DNA from: Heptranchias perlo
Lineage: Eukaryota
Length of the DNA: 64,000 nucleotides
Reading direction: 5' to 3'
NCBI RefSeq assembly: GCF_035084215.1
Contig: NW_027138796.1
Span: 434,001-498,000, forward strand
The position numbers and the translations under genes are program-made. The notes beneath the pieces are model-generated. The model ran no database searches. It was not told the origin of the DNA and saw only the letters and a program-made list of their open reading frames with translations. Below, piece by piece: positions 56,166 to 64,000 of this stretch. How positions within the stretch are numbered: position 1 is the first letter of the stretch; each line of letters opens with the position of its first letter.

Positions 56166-59036
56166 GTGCAGCCAAATATAGAGAAAAAAACAAGTCAGCT
56201 TGGAAGACAGGGCAAATATGTAAGGGCAAGGCTGGATGGCATCTATTTTAATGCAAGGAGTCTTGCGAATAAGGTGGATGAACTGAAGGTGTTGATAAAC
56301 ACATGGGAGTATGATATTGTTGCTGTCACAGAGACATGGTTGAGGGAGGGGCAAGACCGGCAGCTCAATATTCCGGGGTACAGAATCTTCAGGCGAGACA
56401 GAGGGGGAGGTATAAGAGGAGGGGGGGTCGCAATATTAATTAAAGAATCAATTACTGCCATAAGAAGGGATGATATATTAGCAGGTTCCTCTAATGAGGC
56501 CATATGGGTGGAGCTTAAAAACAAAAAGGGGGCAAGCACTTTGATGGGAGTGTACAATAGGCCCCCAAACAGTCAGGGGGAGATCGAGGAACAGATATGT
56601 CGGCAAATCTCAGAAAATTGTGCAAATAATAGGGTAATAATCGTGGGGGATTTCAACTTCCCCAATATTAACTGGGATACTCAGAGTGTAAAAGGCTTAG
56701 AGGGTACAAAATTCTTAACGTGCATCCAGGAGAGCTTTTTGAGCCAGCATGTAGAAAGTCCTACAAGAGAGGGGGCGGTACTGGACCTAATTCTAGGGAA
56801 TGTGGCCGGCCAAGTGGAAGAAGTGCTAGTAGGTGAGCACTTTGGTGACAGTGACCATAATTCGGTGAGATTTAAGGTGGTCATGGAAAAGGACAGGGAG
56901 GGGCCGGAAATAAAGGTTCTAAATTGGGGGAAGGCCGATTTTAATAGGATAAGGCAGGATCTGGCCAAAATGGACTGGGATCAGCTGCTTGTAGGAAAAT
57001 CCGCATCGGAGCAATGGGAGTCTTTCAGAAGGGAGATTGAGACCATACAATGGCAACATGTTCCCGTAAAGGTCAAGGGTGGTTCCAAGAACTCCAGGGA
57101 ACCTTGGATGTCAGGGGATATACGAGAATGGATTAGGAAAAAAAGGAGGGCTTTTGGCAGATACAAAAGGCTAAAGACGGAGGAAGCCCTAGAGGAGTAC
57201 AAAAAGTGCAGGGGGATACTTAAAAAAGAAATTAGGAGATCAAGGAGGGGCATTGAAATGACACTGGCGAGCAAAATAAAGGAAAATCCTAAGATGTTTT
57301 ATAAGTATATTAAGGGTAAGAGGATGACTAGGGAAAAAATAGGGCCCATTAGGGACAAAAATGGCAATCTGTGTGTGGAGCCGGCAGATGTAGGAGGGGT
57401 TCTAAATGAATTTTTTGCATCTGTTTTCACTATGGAGAAGGACGATGTAGACATAGAAATACGGCTGGGGGACTGTGATATACTCGAACATATTAACATC
57501 GAGCGGGAGGAGGTATTGGCGGTTTTAGCAGGCCTAAAAATGGATAAATCCCCAGGCCCGGACGAAATGTATCCCAGGCTACTGTGTGAGGCAAAGGAGG
57601 AGATTGCGGGGGCTCTGACACATATATTCAGAACCTCTCTGGCCACAGGGGATGTGCCAGAGGACTGGAGAACCGCTAATGTAATACCATTATTCAAGAA
57701 GGGGAGTAGGGAAAAACCGGGGAACTACAGGCCAGTGAGCCTAACATCAGTGGTAGGAATATTATTGGAAAAAATTCTGAAGGACAAAATTAGTCTCCAC
57801 TTGGAGAAGCAAGGATTAATCAGGGATAGTCAACATGGCTTTGTCAAGGGAAGATCATGTCTGACTAATTTGATTGAATTTTTTGAGGGGGTGACTAGGC
57901 GTGTGGATGAGGGTAACGCAGTGGATGTGGTATACATGGATTTCAGTAAGGCCTTCGATAAAGTCCCCCACAGGAGACTGGTCAAGAAGGTACGAGCCCA
58001 TGGAATCCAGGGTGCCTTGGCACTTTGGATACAAAACTGGCTTAGTGGCAGAAGGCAGAGGGTGATGGTCGAAGGTTGTTTTTGTGACTGGAAGCCTGTG
58101 GCCAGTGGGGTACCACAGGGATCGGTGCTGGGTCCCTTGCTGTTTGTGGTCTACATTAATGACTTGGATATGAATGTAAAAGGTATGATCAGTAAGTTCG
58201 CTGATGATACAAAGATTGGTAGGGTGGTAAATAGTGAGGAGGATAGCCTCAGTCTGCAGGACGATATAGATGGGTTGGTCAGATGGGCGGAACAGTGGCA
58301 AATGGAATTTAACCCGGAAAAGTGCGAGGTGATGCACTTTGGAGGGACTAACAAGGCAAGGGAATACACAATGAATGGGAGGACCCTAGGCAAGACAGAG
58401 GGTCAGAGGGATCTTGGTGTGCAAGTTCACAGATCCCTGAAGGCGGCGGAACAGGTAGATAAGGTGGTAAAGAAGGCATATGGGATACTTGCCTTTATTA
58501 GCCGAGGCATAGAATATAAGAGCAAGGAGGTTATGATGGAGCTATATAAAACACTGGTTAGGCCACAGCTGGAGTACTGTGTGCAGTTCTGGTCGCCACA
58601 CTACAGGAAGGATGTGATCGCTTTGGAGAGGGTGCAGAGGAGATTCACCAGGATGTTACCAGGGCTGGAGCGCTTCAGCTATGAAGAGAGACTGGGAAGA
58701 TTGGGTTTGTTTTCCTTGGAGCAGAGGAGGCTGAGGGGGGACATGATTGAGGTGTACAAAATTATGAGGGGCACAGATAGGATGGATACTAAGGAGCTTT
58801 TTCCCTTCGTTGAGGGTTCCATAACAAGGGGACATAGATTCAAGGTAAAAGGCGGGAGGTTTAGAGGGGATTTGAGAAAGAACTTTTTCACCCAGAGGGT
58901 GGTTGGAGTCTGGAACTCACTGCCTGAAAGGGTTGTGGAGGCAGGAACCCTCACAACATTCAAGAAGCATTTGGATGAGCACTTGAAATGCCATAGCATA
59001 CAAGGCTATGGACCAAATGCTGGAATATGGGATTAG
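56166..59036 (+). CDS. CR1 ORF2p (APE endonuclease plus reverse transcriptase); start uncertain
   Basis: YFNARS, VTETW, GDFN, SDH; [18 protein letters not shown]. The track start is a GTG; the frame is open from 56094. Confidence 0.93.
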   Translation: MQPNIEKKTSQLGRQGKYVRARLDGIYFNARSLANKVDELKVLINTWEYDIVAVTETWLREGQDRQLNIPGYRIFRRDRGGGIRGGGVAILIKESITAIRRDDILAGSSNEAIWVELKNKKGASTLMGVYNRPPNSQGEIEEQICRQISENCANNRVIIVGDFNFPNINWDTQSVKGLEGTKFLTCIQESFLSQHVESPTREGAVLDLILGNVAGQVEEVLVGEHFGDSDHNSVRFKVVMEKDREGPEIKVLNWGKADFNRIRQDLAKMDWDQLLVGKSASEQWESFRREIETIQWQHVPVKVKGGSKNSREPWMSGDIREWIRKKRRAFGRYKRLKTEEALEEYKKCRGILKKEIRRSRRGIEMTLASKIKENPKMFYKYIKGKRMTREKIGPIRDKNGNLCVEPADVGGVLNEFFASVFTMEKDDVDIEIRLGDCDILEHINIEREEVLAVLAGLKMDKSPGPDEMYPRLLCEAKEEIAGALTHIFRTSLATGDVPEDWRTANVIPLFKKGSREKPGNYRPVSLTSVVGILLEKILKDKISLHLEKQGLIRDSQHGFVKGRSCLTNLIEFFEGVTRRVDEGNAVDVVYMDFSKAFDKVPHRRLVKKVRAHGIQGALALWIQNWLSGRRQRVMVEGCFCDWKPVASGVPQGSVLGPLLFVVYINDLDMNVKGMISKFADDTKIGRVVNSEEDSLSLQDDIDGLVRWAEQWQMEFNPEKCEVMHFGGTNKAREYTMNGRTLGKTEGQRDLGVQVHRSLKAAEQVDKVVKKAYGILAFISRGIEYKSKEVMMELYKTLVRPQLEYCVQFWSPHYRKDVIALERVQRRFTRMLPGLERFSYEERLGRLGLFSLEQRRLRGDMIEVYKIMRGTDRMDTKELFPFVEGSITRGHRFKVKGGRFRGDLRKNFFTQRVVGVWNSLPERVVEAGTLTTFKKHLDEHLKCHSIQGYGPNAGIWD

Positions 59037-59125
59037 AGTAGACAGGGCTGATGGCCGGCGCGGACACGATGGGCCGAAGGGCCTCTATCCGTGCTGTATG
59101 ACTCTATGACTCTATGACTCTATGA

Positions 59126-59563
59126 ATCAGACCCCATCGATCAGACCTTCATCAATCAGACCCCCATCAATCAGACCCCCATCGATCGGACCCCCATCGA
59201 TTAGAGCCCCATCAGTCAGACCCCCATCAGTCAGACCCCCAACAATCAGACCCCCATCGATCAGACCCCCATCAATCAGACCCCCATCAATCAGACCTTC
59301 ATCAATCAGACCCCCATCGATCAGACCCCCATCAATCAGACCCCATCACTCAGACCCCATCACTCAGACCCCATCAACCTGACCCCATCAATCAGATTCC
59401 AGTCAATCAGATTCCCATCTATCAGACCCCATTAATCAGACCCCATCGATCAGACCCCCATCGGTCAGACCCCATCAATCTCACCCCATCAATCAGGCCC
59501 CAACCAACCTGACCCCATCAGTCAGACCCCATCTATCTGACTCCAATCGATCAGACCCCATCC
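59126..59563. repeat. 15-bp repeat downstream of E
   Basis: Continuation of 54104-54193, interrupted by the young CR1. Confidence 0.85.
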
Positions 59564-59682
59564 ATTCTGGGTTCAGTGATCCTCTTCTAACTTCTAACGT
59601 CTTCTTTTACACGTGTTTCTCAATCCCTTGTCGTGTATTTGTGGCTTTTAAATTGACACAATTTCAAAATCATTCAAAAATA

Positions 59683-59688
59683 TTTATT
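59683..59688 (-). terminator. Poly(A) signal, copy E
   Basis: AATAAA in the AT-rich 3'UTR. Confidence 0.6.
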
Positions 59689-59853
59689 TTCTTAAATATA
59701 ATCTGTAACAACAATGTGAATTAAAGTCAAACCCCTTTTACTTTCTAAATAAATGCCATTTTGTAACATAAATGTGAAATTAAGTTAAACTTTTTACATT
59801 CTAAATTAATAAGTCATTTTGTAAACACTTTTTACTTTCTAAATGAATAAATC

Positions 59854-63974
<4,121 letters not shown>

Positions 63975-64000
63975 TCAGTTGGTAGCTGGTGCGACAAATT

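Larger units (their letters stand above)
54194..59124 (+). mobile_element. Intact full-length CR1 LINE (young insertion)
   Basis: Target-site duplication AATCAGACC (54185-54193 and 59125-59133), tandem 5'UTR monomers, open ORF1 and ORF2, (CTATGACT)n tail. Confidence 0.96.

Overview
Vertebrate genomic DNA, probably a cartilaginous fish (inferred from the style of its CR1 and Penelope repeats). The window is a head-to-tail tandem array of five near-identical, 5-exon alpha-tubulin genes on the minus strand. Copies B, C and D are complete; A and E are cut by the window edges. Coding exons are 3/223/149/681/297 nt and give a divergent 450-aa alpha-tubulin with a non-tyrosinated, partly basic tail ([13 protein letters not shown]) and a remodelled helix H11. 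Each 12-21 kb unit also carries a TATA/GC/CCAAT promoter, GC-skewed minisatellites and co-amplified LINE fragments. Two gene types exist, and copies B and E look like reciprocal chimeras. Single-copy insertions are (i) an intact full-length CR1 LINE with a target-site duplication, 265-bp 5'UTR monomers and a U_UUA_AAC slippery site linking ORF1 to an ATG-less ORF2 in the -1 frame, and (ii) an inverted Penelope-like element with an intact minimal hammerhead ribozyme, nested in an older Penelope. Most long Pro/Ser/His- or Gly/Trp/Glu-rich ORFs in the track are translations of minisatellites.
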